Origin: Magnetococcales bacterium
GTDB lineage: Bacteria > Pseudomonadota > Magnetococcia > Magnetococcales > JADFWT01
Direction of reading: 5' to 3'
Assembly: GCA_015233785.1 (NCBI GenBank)
Contig: JADFWT010000002.1
Location: 2,598-66,597, forward strand
Length of the DNA: 64,000 bases
In this document: positions 35,130 through 45,218 of the stretch, one piece after another
How the letters are laid out: the number at the start of each line of letters is the position of its first letter
How positions within the stretch are numbered: the stretch's first letter is position 1
Notes under the pieces: generated by a model
The model's database searches: none
The model's input: the letters and a program-made list of their open reading frames with translations, nothing else
What the model was told of the DNA's origin: nothing
Position numbers and translations under genes: made by a program

Positions 35130-36878
35130 ATGAGTCGGATTCTGGGATTGAACCTGTTTCATGGAGATTCTTCCGCCTGTCTGGTGGTGGATGGTCAATT
35201 GGTGGCAGCTGTTGAAGAAGAGCGTTTTCGCCGCGTCAAACACTGGGCCGGTTTTCCCTCTCGTGCCATTGCGTCGTGTCTGGACCAGGCTGGGCTATCG
35301 CTGGCCGACATCACCGATGTGGCGGTAAACAACGATCCCAAAGCGCATGTTTTGCGCAAAGTCGGTTTTGTGGTGAAGCAGCGCCCGGATCTTAAGTTGC
35401 TCTGGGAACGTATCCAAAATCGTAAAGCGCGAACCGGCGTTGGTGAGCTGTTGGCCCAGTCGTTTCCTGATGACCGCTTTGGCGGTGAGATTCATGCCGT
35501 GGAACACCATTTGGCCCATTTGGCTTCGGCCTATCTGGCTTCTCCTTACGAAAAGGCCATCACCGTCTCGGTGGATGGCTTCGGAGATTTTGCCTCAACT
35601 GCCTGGGGGCTAGGGGATGGCGAGTCTCTGAGTGTGGAAGGGCGGGTCTTTTTTCCCCACTCGCTGGGACTTTTTTATCTGGCCTTGACCCAATATCTTG
35701 GGTTTCCCCACTACGGCGACGAATACAAGATGATGGGGCTGGCCCCTTATGGCAAGCCGAAGTATCTGGAGCAGATGCGCCAGATTGTCCGACTGGAGGA
35801 GGGGGGCGGCTTTACGCTGAATCTGGACTTTTTCCGTCATCATCGAGAGACGGTGGAGTATCAGTGGGACGCCTGTGCGCCCCATACCGACAAGGTGTAT
35901 GCCGAGTCGCTGGTGGATCTTTTGGGGCCATTTCGGCGTAAAGAGGATTCGTTGGAGCAGCACCATAAGGATATGGCCCGTTCTGCCCAGGCCATGTATG
36001 AAGAGGCCTTTTTTCATCTTCTCAATAGTCGCTATGAGATTCACGGCGTGGATCGACTGGCGCTGGCGGGCGGCTGCGGCATGAACTCGGTGGCCAATGG
36101 TCGCATTCGATTGAATACCCCCTTTAAGGAGGTGTTTATTCAACCGGCGGCGGGGGATGCTGGAGGGGCTATTGGTGCGGCGCTTCAGGTGTGGCGGGAT
36201 CGGTATCATGGCAAGCGGGTGTTTCGCATGCATCATGCGCTTTGGGGGCCATCCTTTGATGGGGCGGAGGTGGATGAGGTGCTCTCTAAACATCGACGGG
36301 CCATCGAAGAGGCGGGCTGTACGGTGACGGTCATGCAGGATGAGACGACCTTGATTCAGCGGGTGGCCGAGGCGATTGCCGCCGGTCGGGTGATCGGCTG
36401 GTTTCAGGGGCGTATGGAGTGGGGGCCGAGGGCGCTGGGGAACCGGTCGATTCTGGGGGATCCTGGGCGGGCTGATATGAAGGATATTCTCAACCACAAG
36501 ATCAAGCGCCGTGAGTCGTTTCGTCCCTTTGCGCCGTCGGTATTGCGGGAGGCGGTGGAGGAGTGGTTTGAGATGGATGATGAGGTACCTTTCATGATGA
36601 AGGTGTTTCAGGTTCGGCAGGAGAAACGCGCCATGATTCCGGCGGTGACCCATGTGGACGGTTCGGGTCGTTTGCAGACTGTGGATTCCCAATCCAACCC
36701 GCTCTATCACAAGCTGATCTCCAAGTTTCGTGATCTAACCGGTACGCCCATGGTGCTTAACACCTCGTTCAACGAGAATGAGCCGATTGTCTGCCGGCCG
36801 GAGGAGGCGTTGGACTGCTTTCTGCGCACCAAAATGGATCTGTTGGCGCTTGGAGACCGAGTGATTGAACGGGTTTGA
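35130..36878 (+). CDS. NodU/CmcH-family carbamoyltransferase
   Basis: ILGLNLFHGDSSACLVVDGQLVAAVEEERFRRVKHWAGFP, GGCGMNSVANG, and C-terminal TSFNENEPIV. Confidence 0.9.
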   Translation: MSRILGLNLFHGDSSACLVVDGQLVAAVEEERFRRVKHWAGFPSRAIASCLDQAGLSLADITDVAVNNDPKAHVLRKVGFVVKQRPDLKLLWERIQNRKARTGVGELLAQSFPDDRFGGEIHAVEHHLAHLASAYLASPYEKAITVSVDGFGDFASTAWGLGDGESLSVEGRVFFPHSLGLFYLALTQYLGFPHYGDEYKMMGLAPYGKPKYLEQMRQIVRLEEGGGFTLNLDFFRHHRETVEYQWDACAPHTDKVYAESLVDLLGPFRRKEDSLEQHHKDMARSAQAMYEEAFFHLLNSRYEIHGVDRLALAGGCGMNSVANGRIRLNTPFKEVFIQPAAGDAGGAIGAALQVWRDRYHGKRVFRMHHALWGPSFDGAEVDEVLSKHRRAIEEAGCTVTVMQDETTLIQRVAEAIAAGRVIGWFQGRMEWGPRALGNRSILGDPGRADMKDILNHKIKRRESFRPFAPSVLREAVEEWFEMDDEVPFMMKVFQVRQEKRAMIPAVTHVDGSGRLQTVDSQSNPLYHKLISKFRDLTGTPMVLNTSFNENEPIVCRPEEALDCFLRTKMDLLALGDRVIERV

Positions 36879-36931
36879 TCTCGATTAGTGGGTACTCTTC
36901 ATTAAGACTCAGGAATGTTCGATCCATATTA

Positions 36932-38158
36932 ATGAAACCAACCGTCACCATCTGCTACCACTTCTATCCCCCGGACGACGTGGTGAGTGCCCGTCTATTT
37001 GCCGATCTGGCCGAGGGGCTCGTTTGTCGCGGCTGGTCCGTGCGCATGTTGACCGGCAATCGTTGGTTTCATCACACAGAAGGCTCTATTTGTCCCAGCA
37101 GAGAGCAGATGGAAGGTGTGGAGGTGGTTCGCTCCTGGCGGCCCAATTGGGACCAATCCCGCCACCTGTGGCGCATGTTGAATGGTCTTTGGCTGATGGC
37201 AGCTTGGTGGCTTCGAGTGCTTTTCAGTCGCAGGCCGGATGTATTGATCTTGGGGTCAGACCCTCAATTCACCCAGCTATTGATACCGTTTCTGCGTCTG
37301 ATTTCCCCCCGTACCCGTATTGTGCAGTGGGTGTTTGATCTCTATCCGGAGGCGATCATGGCCCACTCCCCCGGTAGCGGAATGGCACGGTTGGCAGAAC
37401 GTCTTCGGGCTCCTGTCGGGCTCTGTTACCGTTTTGCCGATGGTTTGGTGGATATCGGTGCCTGTATGCGTGAACGGTTGAGCCCCTACCAAAGAAAGTC
37501 AGAGCCTGTGACGTTGACGCCTTGGGCACTGGTAGAGCCGCAGCATGCCCCGGCCCCGGATCCCGAGCTGCGAAATAAGCTGTATGGGCCGGGTGTCAAA
37601 TTGGTGCTTTTGTACTCCGGCCATCTCAGCCGTGCCCACGAATACCGCCCTTTCCTGGCCTTGGCGCGACGTCTTCGGGAGCGGGAACCGGGAATTCTCT
37701 TCGCTTTTTCTCAGAATGGCCACCGTATCGAAGAGTTGCGGGAGGCGCTTGAAGAAGCGGATCATAATATTCGCTTTACGCCATTTCTTCCTCTGGAGCA
37801 GTTGGCGGGGCTGCTGGCTTCGGCGGATATCCATCTGGCCAGTCTGCGTTCCGATTGGTGGGGAACGGTGGTGCCGTCGAAGTTTTTCGGATCCATGGCG
37901 ACAGGCCGTCCGGTGCTGTTTTGCGGCGCTGAGAAGAGCGCTATTCGGGGCTGGATTGATGAGTATAAGGTGGGCTACTTTCTGAATGAGGAGCAGTTGG
38001 ATGAGACAGCGGATCTGCTGGTTGATCTGGCTGGCCGTCCAGAGAAATTGAGGGCGTTGCAGCAGAACGCCTTTGAGGTGTATGGGCGTCATTTCTCCCG
38101 GCGCTTGGTGCTGAATGGCTGGGATGCGTATCTACGTGAGCTATTAGAGAGATCCTGA
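36932..38158 (+). CDS. GT-B fold (GT4-like) glycosyltransferase
   Basis: C-lobe LLYSGHLSRAHEY...VVPSKFFGSMATGRPVLFCG. The likely start is MKPTVTICYHFYPPDD at 36932. Confidence 0.75.
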   Translation: MKPTVTICYHFYPPDDVVSARLFADLAEGLVCRGWSVRMLTGNRWFHHTEGSICPSREQMEGVEVVRSWRPNWDQSRHLWRMLNGLWLMAAWWLRVLFSRRPDVLILGSDPQFTQLLIPFLRLISPRTRIVQWVFDLYPEAIMAHSPGSGMARLAERLRAPVGLCYRFADGLVDIGACMRERLSPYQRKSEPVTLTPWALVEPQHAPAPDPELRNKLYGPGVKLVLLYSGHLSRAHEYRPFLALARRLREREPGILFAFSQNGHRIEELREALEEADHNIRFTPFLPLEQLAGLLASADIHLASLRSDWWGTVVPSKFFGSMATGRPVLFCGAEKSAIRGWIDEYKVGYFLNEEQLDETADLLVDLAGRPEKLRALQQNAFEVYGRHFSRRLVLNGWDAYLRELLERS

Positions 38159-38160
38159 CT

Positions 38161-40116
38161 GTGAATATTCTACTTATCTCCCCCAGCTACGCGCCTGGAC
38201 GCAACGCCGCCTACTTTCCGTTGGGTATGGCCTCCATATCCGCCTGCCTGAAACGGCGTGGTGATCGAGTAGAGTGCCTGAACTTTAATAACTATCATGA
38301 CCATGAGCGGCTGCCTCTGCTGGAGAAGATCCTGACTGAGCATCTCTTTGATGTGGTAGGCGTCGGTGGGCTTTCGGTAACTTTGCCGACTCTGGAGCGT
38401 ATTGTGAAGATCGTCCGCACTCAGAGTCCAAAAAGCCTATTGTTGCTCGGCGGTGGCATTTTGACGGCGGATCCCGAGGTTATCTTCAACACCCTAAAGC
38501 CCGATATCGGCATTGTCGGTGAAGGGGAGGCCACCATACTGGAGGTGATGGAGCGCCTGGAAGCCGGTGACACGCCAAGATTGGACGATGTACTGGGCAT
38601 CATCTACCGACCAGCCCCGGAGGCTGAGCCGATTCAAACCCCGGAGCGCCCGGCCATCACCGATTTGGATACGCTTCCGGCCCCAGATATGGAGGGATTT
38701 GGGTTGGCGGGGTTTTTGGAGCTGCAACCGGTGGATGTTCACGACTTCCATCTGACCCGTTTTGGGCTGGGGAAGATGATTCCCTACTCGGCCAGTCGTT
38801 CATGTCCCTATAAGTGTACGTTCTGCTTTCATCCCACCAGTCAGATTTACCGGCGGCTGACCATGGATCGTATCATGGGCGATCTGAAGGGGTTATTGGC
38901 ACGTCATGAGGCGTCTGGTTTTTTGATCTACGATGAGCTGTTTGACTATGACAAGGGGCGTATTAAGGCGTTCTGTAACCGGCTGTTGGACGAGGGGATG
39001 ACCATCCGTTGGTTCTGCCAACTGCGGGTCAACAAGGTGGATTTGGAACTGCTGAAGTTAATGAAGCAATCAGGGTGCGACTTCATAAGCTTTGGTTTTG
39101 AGAGCGCCAGTGCCGCCGTGCTCGACAGCATGCGTAAGCGCATCAAGCCCAGTGATCTGGAGCGTGCTGTTCATCTGGCGCGGGAAGCGGGAATCGGCTT
39201 CCAGGCCAATTTCCTCTACGGTGATCCGGCAGAGAATGAGGAGACCATCGCCGAGACGCTGGCCTTTCAGGACAAAAACCGTCTGGACTTTGTGGATTGG
39301 AGCGCAGTGATTGCCTACCCAGGCACCCAGCTTTACCACGAGGCGTTGGAGAAGAGGATTATCACCGACCGCATCGGCTACACGCGCCAGATTGCCAATG
39401 GTGCCACCTTTCTCTGGAACACCTTACAGCCTCCTATCAATATGACCGGCATGGAGGATGCGCTGTTTCGGGATTGGTATCTACGCTTGCGGGAGATCAC
39501 CGACCGCAATAATCGCCGTCGTCCAGCTGGGGTGGCGGATTTGCGGCGGCTGGATCGGGTCACCACTGAGATGCGCATCACCTGTCCCAGTTGCGGAGAT
39601 GAGCAGCAGCGGGAGATGCGTTATCCTCCCGATGCCAAAGCCGGCGGCGACTTCAATCCCAAAGCCCCTTACTTTGGGTTACGGGGGGTCAACATGCTCT
39701 GTCTGACCTGTCTGCGCAAAATGCATCTGCCGGGTTGGGTCTATCCAGCCGTAGCGGCGATGTATGGTTGGTTCAGGGCCAAAGTTGAGACTCTGGTGGA
39801 ATCCGGTGAGGAGGTGGTTTTGCTGGGCGCAATGGATCGCTATTGGGGGACATTCAGTGAGCAGGTTCCTCTCTCGGAATTAAATCTGGTGGCGGCTCTG
39901 GACAGCCGCCCGTACCGCATTGGCCAATCATGTTTTGGTCTGACGGTGCAAGCGGCTACCCCGAAGGCCATCACAGAATATTGCACGGCGAAAGAGCCTC
40001 GATGGATGGTGATCCCTCCCAACCATATGCCGGATGGTTATTTGGAGATGGTGCAAACGGCGGGGATCTCCGACGACCGTATGATTGCTTGGTCCGAGAG
40101 CGGCACCGACCACTGA
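38161..40116 (+). CDS. B12-binding-domain radical SAM enzyme with a C-terminal zinc-ribbon and an extra domain
   Basis: The N-terminal B12-binding-like region is followed by SRSCPYKCTFCFH (CX3CX2C). Later come CPSCG...CLTC and ~130 additional residues. GTG start at 38161. Confidence 0.8.
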   Translation: MNILLISPSYAPGRNAAYFPLGMASISACLKRRGDRVECLNFNNYHDHERLPLLEKILTEHLFDVVGVGGLSVTLPTLERIVKIVRTQSPKSLLLLGGGILTADPEVIFNTLKPDIGIVGEGEATILEVMERLEAGDTPRLDDVLGIIYRPAPEAEPIQTPERPAITDLDTLPAPDMEGFGLAGFLELQPVDVHDFHLTRFGLGKMIPYSASRSCPYKCTFCFHPTSQIYRRLTMDRIMGDLKGLLARHEASGFLIYDELFDYDKGRIKAFCNRLLDEGMTIRWFCQLRVNKVDLELLKLMKQSGCDFISFGFESASAAVLDSMRKRIKPSDLERAVHLAREAGIGFQANFLYGDPAENEETIAETLAFQDKNRLDFVDWSAVIAYPGTQLYHEALEKRIITDRIGYTRQIANGATFLWNTLQPPINMTGMEDALFRDWYLRLREITDRNNRRRPAGVADLRRLDRVTTEMRITCPSCGDEQQREMRYPPDAKAGGDFNPKAPYFGLRGVNMLCLTCLRKMHLPGWVYPAVAAMYGWFRAKVETLVESGEEVVLLGAMDRYWGTFSEQVPLSELNLVAALDSRPYRIGQSCFGLTVQAATPKAITEYCTAKEPRWMVIPPNHMPDGYLEMVQTAGISDDRMIAWSESGTDH

Positions 40117-40152
40117 AGAACGTTCCGTCGCCGTTTTCTATATGCTGCCAGC

Positions 40153-40650
40153 CTACCAGGCGAACACCCCGGAGTCGGTATCTCTCTGTTCGGCTTTTTT
40201 AAAGTTGGCTGTTACACGTTTACCCATCACATAGGCGATACGTTTATAGATGTGGTAGCCAAGCTCCGGGTTCTCATCCAAATAGAGGGTAAATTGAAAG
40301 CCATCAATGCGGACCAGTACCGCACGATTGGCGGTGAAGACATCGGCCAGCCTGGGCTGATCCATCACCCAGGAGATCTCTCCCAGCACCTCATCCTCTA
40401 GCGACTCCACATCCTGCTGGGCATTAGAGGGGATACCGTCGTGCTCGGTTCTCTTCTCCAGCGATACATGTCCAGACACCACCAGTCGCAAGGACGGATG
40501 ATCTTGATTTTTCTTAAGAACCATGACGTTCTCATTATATTTTGGTTCAATCACCTCGCGGGAAGAGAACTCAGCGATGGCATCGATGTGCTCATCTGCA
40601 ACGCCCGCAAAGAGGTGTGTTTTTTTGAGAAGTTGTGTAATGACGGACAT
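40153..40650 (-). CDS. Stand-alone cyclic-nucleotide-binding (CAP_ED) domain protein
   Basis: LFAGVADEHIDAIA...LGEISWVMDQPRLADVFTANRAVLVRI. The start MSVITQL at 40650 has a GAGGGGA RBS. The ORF-track N-terminal extension is unlikely. Confidence 0.7.
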   Translation of the reverse strand: MSVITQLLKKTHLFAGVADEHIDAIAEFSSREVIEPKYNENVMVLKKNQDHPSLRLVVSGHVSLEKRTEHDGIPSNAQQDVESLEDEVLGEISWVMDQPRLADVFTANRAVLVRIDGFQFTLYLDENPELGYHIYKRIAYVMGKRVTANFKKAEQRDTDSGVFAW

Positions 40651-40788
40651 GGTGTTCCCCTCAGCCACGGTGATCGGATAACAGTTAATAGCGCCAAGAG
40701 TCATTATACGCTGTTGGCGCGCAGTACGCCATATGGTGGTGGTGCGGAAAGGGAATTTTTTGTGGGCGCACATGGTCTGCCCAACCAT

Positions 40789-43365
40789 CTACTGGAGGTT
40801 GCACCAACGCTGCCACATCTGCCGATAGAGTCTCTCCAGATGGCTCATGTAAAGTCCGTGATTGCCTAGAATCGAGGTGTCGAAGCGCTGGCGTAACTCA
40901 GCCCGCAACTGAGCCAGTTGTTCCCTTTCGGAGCTCTTGATTTTTGCGATAGCGATATACGCTTCAGGGCTTTGGGCTACCCAATTTTCAAGCCCCAGGG
41001 TCGCGCAGAATGACGAAGTGAGACGGCCTGGAATGGTCTCCACCCGCAGCCCGATAATGGGAACCCCCATGCGCAGTGACTCTAATGCCGTTACACCGCC
41101 GCCGTGAGGGAAGGGGTCCAGGCTGATGTCAACCTCGTTAAATGCTGCCAAGTGTTGTGTTTGGTCGGTGGATCCCTGTGAGAGAATCCTGTCTGGGGAC
41201 ACGCCTGAGTCGGCCATGGTGCGCTGGTAGATGGCGAGATAGGGTGCTGGATTTTTTTTTGGCAGCTTAATCAGCAGCCGTGAGTTGGGAACGGCCTGTA
41301 ACACTTTGGCCCAGAGTGCCGTGACATGGGGGGTGATTTTGGCGGTACGATGGAAGGCTCCAAAGGTGATGAAACCGTTACGCTCCACGGGCAGCGGCCC
41401 CACATCGGGAAATGGGCTTAGAGGGAAGAGATGGATACCGCCGGGTAGATCCAGAGGGCGTTCGGCAAACAGTGCGTGTTGTTCCGGCGGTAGCATCACC
41501 GGGTCGATGACCAGATAGTCCATGGTGGTCAGGCCGGAACCGAGGTTATAGCCCCATCCCGTGGCCTGAATCGGAGCCGGACGACGGGCAAACAGTCCCA
41601 TGCGGTTACCCGCCGAGTGGCCGGATAGATCCACTAAAATATCGATTCCATCCTGCTGCACTTGTTCCGATACCTCATCATCATTCAGGTGGGAGATCTC
41701 TCGCCACTGGTCTGACGCCTCCCGAAAGCGATCGGTGACGGCGTCATAGCGGGGGTTGCGGCTATTACCGTTGTTGCAGTAGCAAAAAATCTCGAAGCCC
41801 TCTGCCTCGCGGTTCAACAGATTGGCTGCAAACGTGGAAGCCGCCGAGTGCAGGCAGAAATCCGCCGAGACGTAGCCGATTTTTAGTCGTCGTGCTGGGT
41901 CGGGGCGGTTGTTGTGGGCGGTCATGGCTTGGAGACCGCTCGTTAGATGCGTTGTCCACTGGCTGCGTAGCTGCTGTTGTTGGGCAGTGGTGATGTTCGG
42001 GGTGATATCGTAGAAAAACAGCATCGAAGAGCCGATGGCTTGATCGTCCGGATCAAGTTGCCGGGCTTTTTGAGCCGCCTCCAGGGCCTGTTCCATCTCT
42101 CCAAGGTCGGCGAGAATATCTGCTTTAAGATGGTGATGGGTGGCCTGTTTCGGGCTATGGAAAATGGCCTGTTCGGCATGTTGAAGGGCCTCTTCCGGGC
42201 GTTCGTTTTGGAGCTGCGAGCGAGCCAGGTTGGCCCATGTTTCTGAGGCGTCGGGTCGCAGTGCCAACGCTTCCATAAAGCGTCCTTTCGCCTCCAAGAA
42301 CAGCCCGCGTCGAGTGAGCGCTACGCCAAGATGGTCAAGATCCTTGGACAGCTCTATAATGGCGGATCGATTTTCGGCATGTTGGGGTGTGGTGGTGGCA
42401 TCGGCTGTTTGCAGGAGAGCGGAAGAGGGGTGTAGGGTCAGACACTTTTCAAAGCAGTTACAGGCTGTTTCCAGCGTATTGTTTGTCTCTAAGAGTGCCA
42501 AGCCGAGATTGCGCAGAGCACTGATAAAATCGGGTCGAATCGCCAGCGCCTGTTGGTAGCAGGCGATCGCTTCATCCAAACGGCCTTGCCTGCGACGGGT
42601 GTTGCCGAGATTGTTATGCACTTCGGCAAACTGGGGGTTTGTCGCCAGTGCCCGATTATAGTGATCCACGGCCTCATCCAGCCTGTCAAGGGCCGCCAGG
42701 GCATCGCCGAGGTTGCCCAAGGCATCTGCAAAGTCCGGTTGTAACTTCAACGCTTTGCGTAGATAGCGCAGTGCTTCTTGGGGGCGTCCAAGGTCGGTGA
42801 GGGTCTGTCCATAGTTGCAGAGGGCGGGCAGAAGACGGGCGTCGTATTTTAGAGCGGTATTAAAGCTGGTTAGAGCCTCTTTAAGGCGGCCTTGCCCTTT
42901 GATGGCTGCACCGAGATCGCTATGCAGCGAGGCAAAACGTGGGCGGATGGTAATCGCTTTCCGATAACACGCTTCCGCCTCTTCCCAACGTCCCAATGAT
43001 TGCAGTGCAGCGCCCATGCCGCCCATCGCCTCAATGCTCTGAGGCTGTTTGAGCAGAGCCGCCTGAAAGGCCTGTACGGCAAGCTGGAATTGGCCGGTCT
43101 GGAAGTGAGAGAATCCCTGCTGAAGGGCCTGTTGAAAAGGGAGAGTCTCCGGGTGGCTGGTTCCAGAGGCCGTGGTGGTGATGGCGCTGCCACGCTGCTC
43201 AATGAGTGAAAGGATGTGAATGGCATCCGGCTGCTCCGGCACCGCTTCCAGAACGGCCAGACAGAAACGCTCGGCCTCGCCCAGGTGACCGGCGTTGAAC
43301 TGCTCCACAGCGTGTTGTAGAGCCTGTTCCAGGGTGATGGGGGCTGCATCATTGGGGGATGGCAT
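40789..43365 (-). CDS. TPR-repeat / GT41-like glycosyltransferase, paralog 3
   Basis: LKIGYVSADFCLHSAA, DILVDLSGHSAGNRM, ARRPAPIQATGWGY, NGFITFGAFHRTAKI, LDPFPHGGGVTALESLRMGVPI. Confidence 0.88.
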   Translation of the reverse strand: MPSPNDAAPITLEQALQHAVEQFNAGHLGEAERFCLAVLEAVPEQPDAIHILSLIEQRGSAITTTASGTSHPETLPFQQALQQGFSHFQTGQFQLAVQAFQAALLKQPQSIEAMGGMGAALQSLGRWEEAEACYRKAITIRPRFASLHSDLGAAIKGQGRLKEALTSFNTALKYDARLLPALCNYGQTLTDLGRPQEALRYLRKALKLQPDFADALGNLGDALAALDRLDEAVDHYNRALATNPQFAEVHNNLGNTRRRQGRLDEAIACYQQALAIRPDFISALRNLGLALLETNNTLETACNCFEKCLTLHPSSALLQTADATTTPQHAENRSAIIELSKDLDHLGVALTRRGLFLEAKGRFMEALALRPDASETWANLARSQLQNERPEEALQHAEQAIFHSPKQATHHHLKADILADLGEMEQALEAAQKARQLDPDDQAIGSSMLFFYDITPNITTAQQQQLRSQWTTHLTSGLQAMTAHNNRPDPARRLKIGYVSADFCLHSAASTFAANLLNREAEGFEIFCYCNNGNSRNPRYDAVTDRFREASDQWREISHLNDDEVSEQVQQDGIDILVDLSGHSAGNRMGLFARRPAPIQATGWGYNLGSGLTTMDYLVIDPVMLPPEQHALFAERPLDLPGGIHLFPLSPFPDVGPLPVERNGFITFGAFHRTAKITPHVTALWAKVLQAVPNSRLLIKLPKKNPAPYLAIYQRTMADSGVSPDRILSQGSTDQTQHLAAFNEVDISLDPFPHGGGVTALESLRMGVPIIGLRVETIPGRLTSSFCATLGLENWVAQSPEAYIAIAKIKSSEREQLAQLRAELRQRFDTSILGNHGLYMSHLERLYRQMWQRWCNLQ

Positions 43366-43506
43366 CGGGATCTAGTTGGGCTCTCTGGTTCTGTTTGTGT
43401 TTCGAAGACAGGCCGCTGTCATGGTTAACAAGACGATCTTATTGCGTTTGCCGTCGCGTCTCTTTCGGCTTTGGGCCTGGATGAGTTGCATGTGCTGGTC
43501 AGGCGA

Positions 43507-45003
43507 TTAGTGGCCATACTCTCCAATAGCCTCCAGAAGAAGCTTTTTAGAGATTGGTTTAGTGAGGTGGGCATCACATCCGGCTTGGCGGCTTTTGTCG
43601 GCATCTCCTACCATGGCGTGGGCTGTAAGTGCCAGAATAGGTAGCGGTTTCCATCCATTAACGCTCTCCCATTCCCGAATGGCCCGTGTGGCCGCATAGC
43701 CATCTAGAACCGGCATCTGCATATCCATTAATACCAGATCGAACGGCTCCAGCTTGATCCGCTCCAAGGCTTCCTCGCCGTTTGGAACGATGGTCAATTT
43801 GTGGGGCTCGCGTTTAAGGAAGGTCTTAATAAGCAGGGCATTGTCTTCGGAATCTTCCGCCAGAAGAATACGCAGTTTGCGCTCTTCCGGCAGCGCCTCT
43901 TCCCGATGAGAGCTGGGAGAGGGCGTGTGTGATTCGGTTTTCTGGTCGGTCTCCTCTTCATCCACCGGACGAAACGGTGCGGTGAACGAGAAGATACTTC
44001 CTTGTTCAGGTATGCTCTCCACGGAGAGTTCACCTCCCCAGAGTGCAACCAGACGTTTGGCAATACTGAGTCCCAGACCGGAACCCTGACGTGGTTGCTC
44101 CTTGGAGGCATCAAGTCTTACAAAGGGGTCAAAAATATTATCGCGCATCTCCTGAGGGATGCCATCTCCACTGTCGCTGACTTGAAACTGTAGCCTCTGG
44201 GCCGAATCGACCCTTACCTTAATGCGTACCCACCCCTCTTGGGTAAATTTGACCGCGTTGTCTACCAGATTGTTCATCACCTGGCGGATACGCCACGCAT
44301 CGGCCATCATGCGGTTGGGTACCTCATTGTCCACCTGAATTTCAAGAGAGAGATTCTTCTCCTGGGCGTGATCTCGAACCATCTCGGTGACCGTATCCAG
44401 AAGGCGATCCAGGCGGAAATCCACATCCATCAACTGCACCCGATCTGCCTCTAACTTGGAGAGATCAAGAATATCGTTGATCAACTCCAACAGCGTCACT
44501 CCGGCCCGGCGCTGCACTTTGAGATGGTGTTGAAGTTCACGGGAGAGATTGGCCTCAGCCAGTACTTGATTCATCCCCAAGATGGCATTCAGCGGAGTTC
44601 GGATTTCATGGCTCATCACCGCCAGAAATTGACTCTTGGAAAGGTTGGCGCGTTCTGCTTCCTCCTTGGCCTTGCGCAGCTCGCGGTTGAGCATGCGTAG
44701 CTCCAGATGACGCCACCCGGAGAGCAAAATGACCGTCACCATCAGCAGTGCCAATGCTAGATAGAGAATAGGACGATCGCCCCAGGACCGTTCCGAGCTG
44801 GGACTATGGGCGAGATCTTCCGGTGTTGAGACGGCTTCCTCGGAGAGTGGGGTCATCTGGTCCAATGCGGGTCTGGCCTCCTGAGCCTGAACGCTGCCGA
44901 TCAGGCCACAAGGGCTTATGAGCAGCAGAAGTATCAGCATGCCAAGATGAAGAGGGCGTAGGATGATGGATCGGTTCATCGGTCTCCTCGTGGACCTGGG
45001 CAC
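43507..45003 (-). CDS. Hybrid sensor histidine kinase (HisKA-HATPase-REC)
   Basis: [13 protein letters not shown], an N-box/G-box region ([15 protein letters not shown]), and a canonical receiver [14 protein letters not shown]. Confidence 0.9.
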   Translation of the reverse strand: MPRSTRRPMNRSIILRPLHLGMLILLLLISPCGLIGSVQAQEARPALDQMTPLSEEAVSTPEDLAHSPSSERSWGDRPILYLALALLMVTVILLSGWRHLELRMLNRELRKAKEEAERANLSKSQFLAVMSHEIRTPLNAILGMNQVLAEANLSRELQHHLKVQRRAGVTLLELINDILDLSKLEADRVQLMDVDFRLDRLLDTVTEMVRDHAQEKNLSLEIQVDNEVPNRMMADAWRIRQVMNNLVDNAVKFTQEGWVRIKVRVDSAQRLQFQVSDSGDGIPQEMRDNIFDPFVRLDASKEQPRQGSGLGLSIAKRLVALWGGELSVESIPEQGSIFSFTAPFRPVDEEETDQKTESHTPSPSSHREEALPEERKLRILLAEDSEDNALLIKTFLKREPHKLTIVPNGEEALERIKLEPFDLVLMDMQMPVLDGYAATRAIREWESVNGWKPLPILALTAHAMVGDADKSRQAGCDAHLTKPISKKLLLEAIGEYGH

Positions 45004-45116
45004 GTTGAGCTGAAGCAGCCCAAATTGGCCATGGACCCAAACTATAGCCTGTTAGGCCGCTTCGGTTCCAGCTATGTCCCCATCTTCAGTGAGTAGGGGG
45101 TGGTTACGTTTATGGC

Positions 45117-45137
45117 GTTATCATTTGAATCAATGAG
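45117..45137. promoter_or_regulatory. Weak Fur/PerR-like AT-rich dyad upstream of rubrerythrin
   Basis: gttaTCATTtgaatcAATGAg has 5-bp inverted arms, ~85 nt upstream of the ATG at 45219. The call rests on similarity to Fur-family boxes only. Confidence 0.2.
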
Positions 45138-45218
45138 AGGCCTTGTTCCCTCCATAAAACGGTGTACGATGCTCAAAAGGAACCCTCTCACATTTTACCA
45201 CATCAGGGAGCAATCATC

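Noticed and set aside
35610-36710. 366-aa - strand ORF opposite the carbamoyltransferase gene
   Set aside because: It is a shadow ORF, Pro/Arg/His-rich with no motifs. The + strand frame carries the full NodU/CmcH signature.
40651-40788. Longer form of the cNMP-binding protein starting directly at the stop of the upstream GT41 gene
   Set aside because: The extra 46 residues are Arg/Thr-rich with no domain. A better RBS (GAGGGGA) precedes the internal Met at 40650, where the conserved domain begins.
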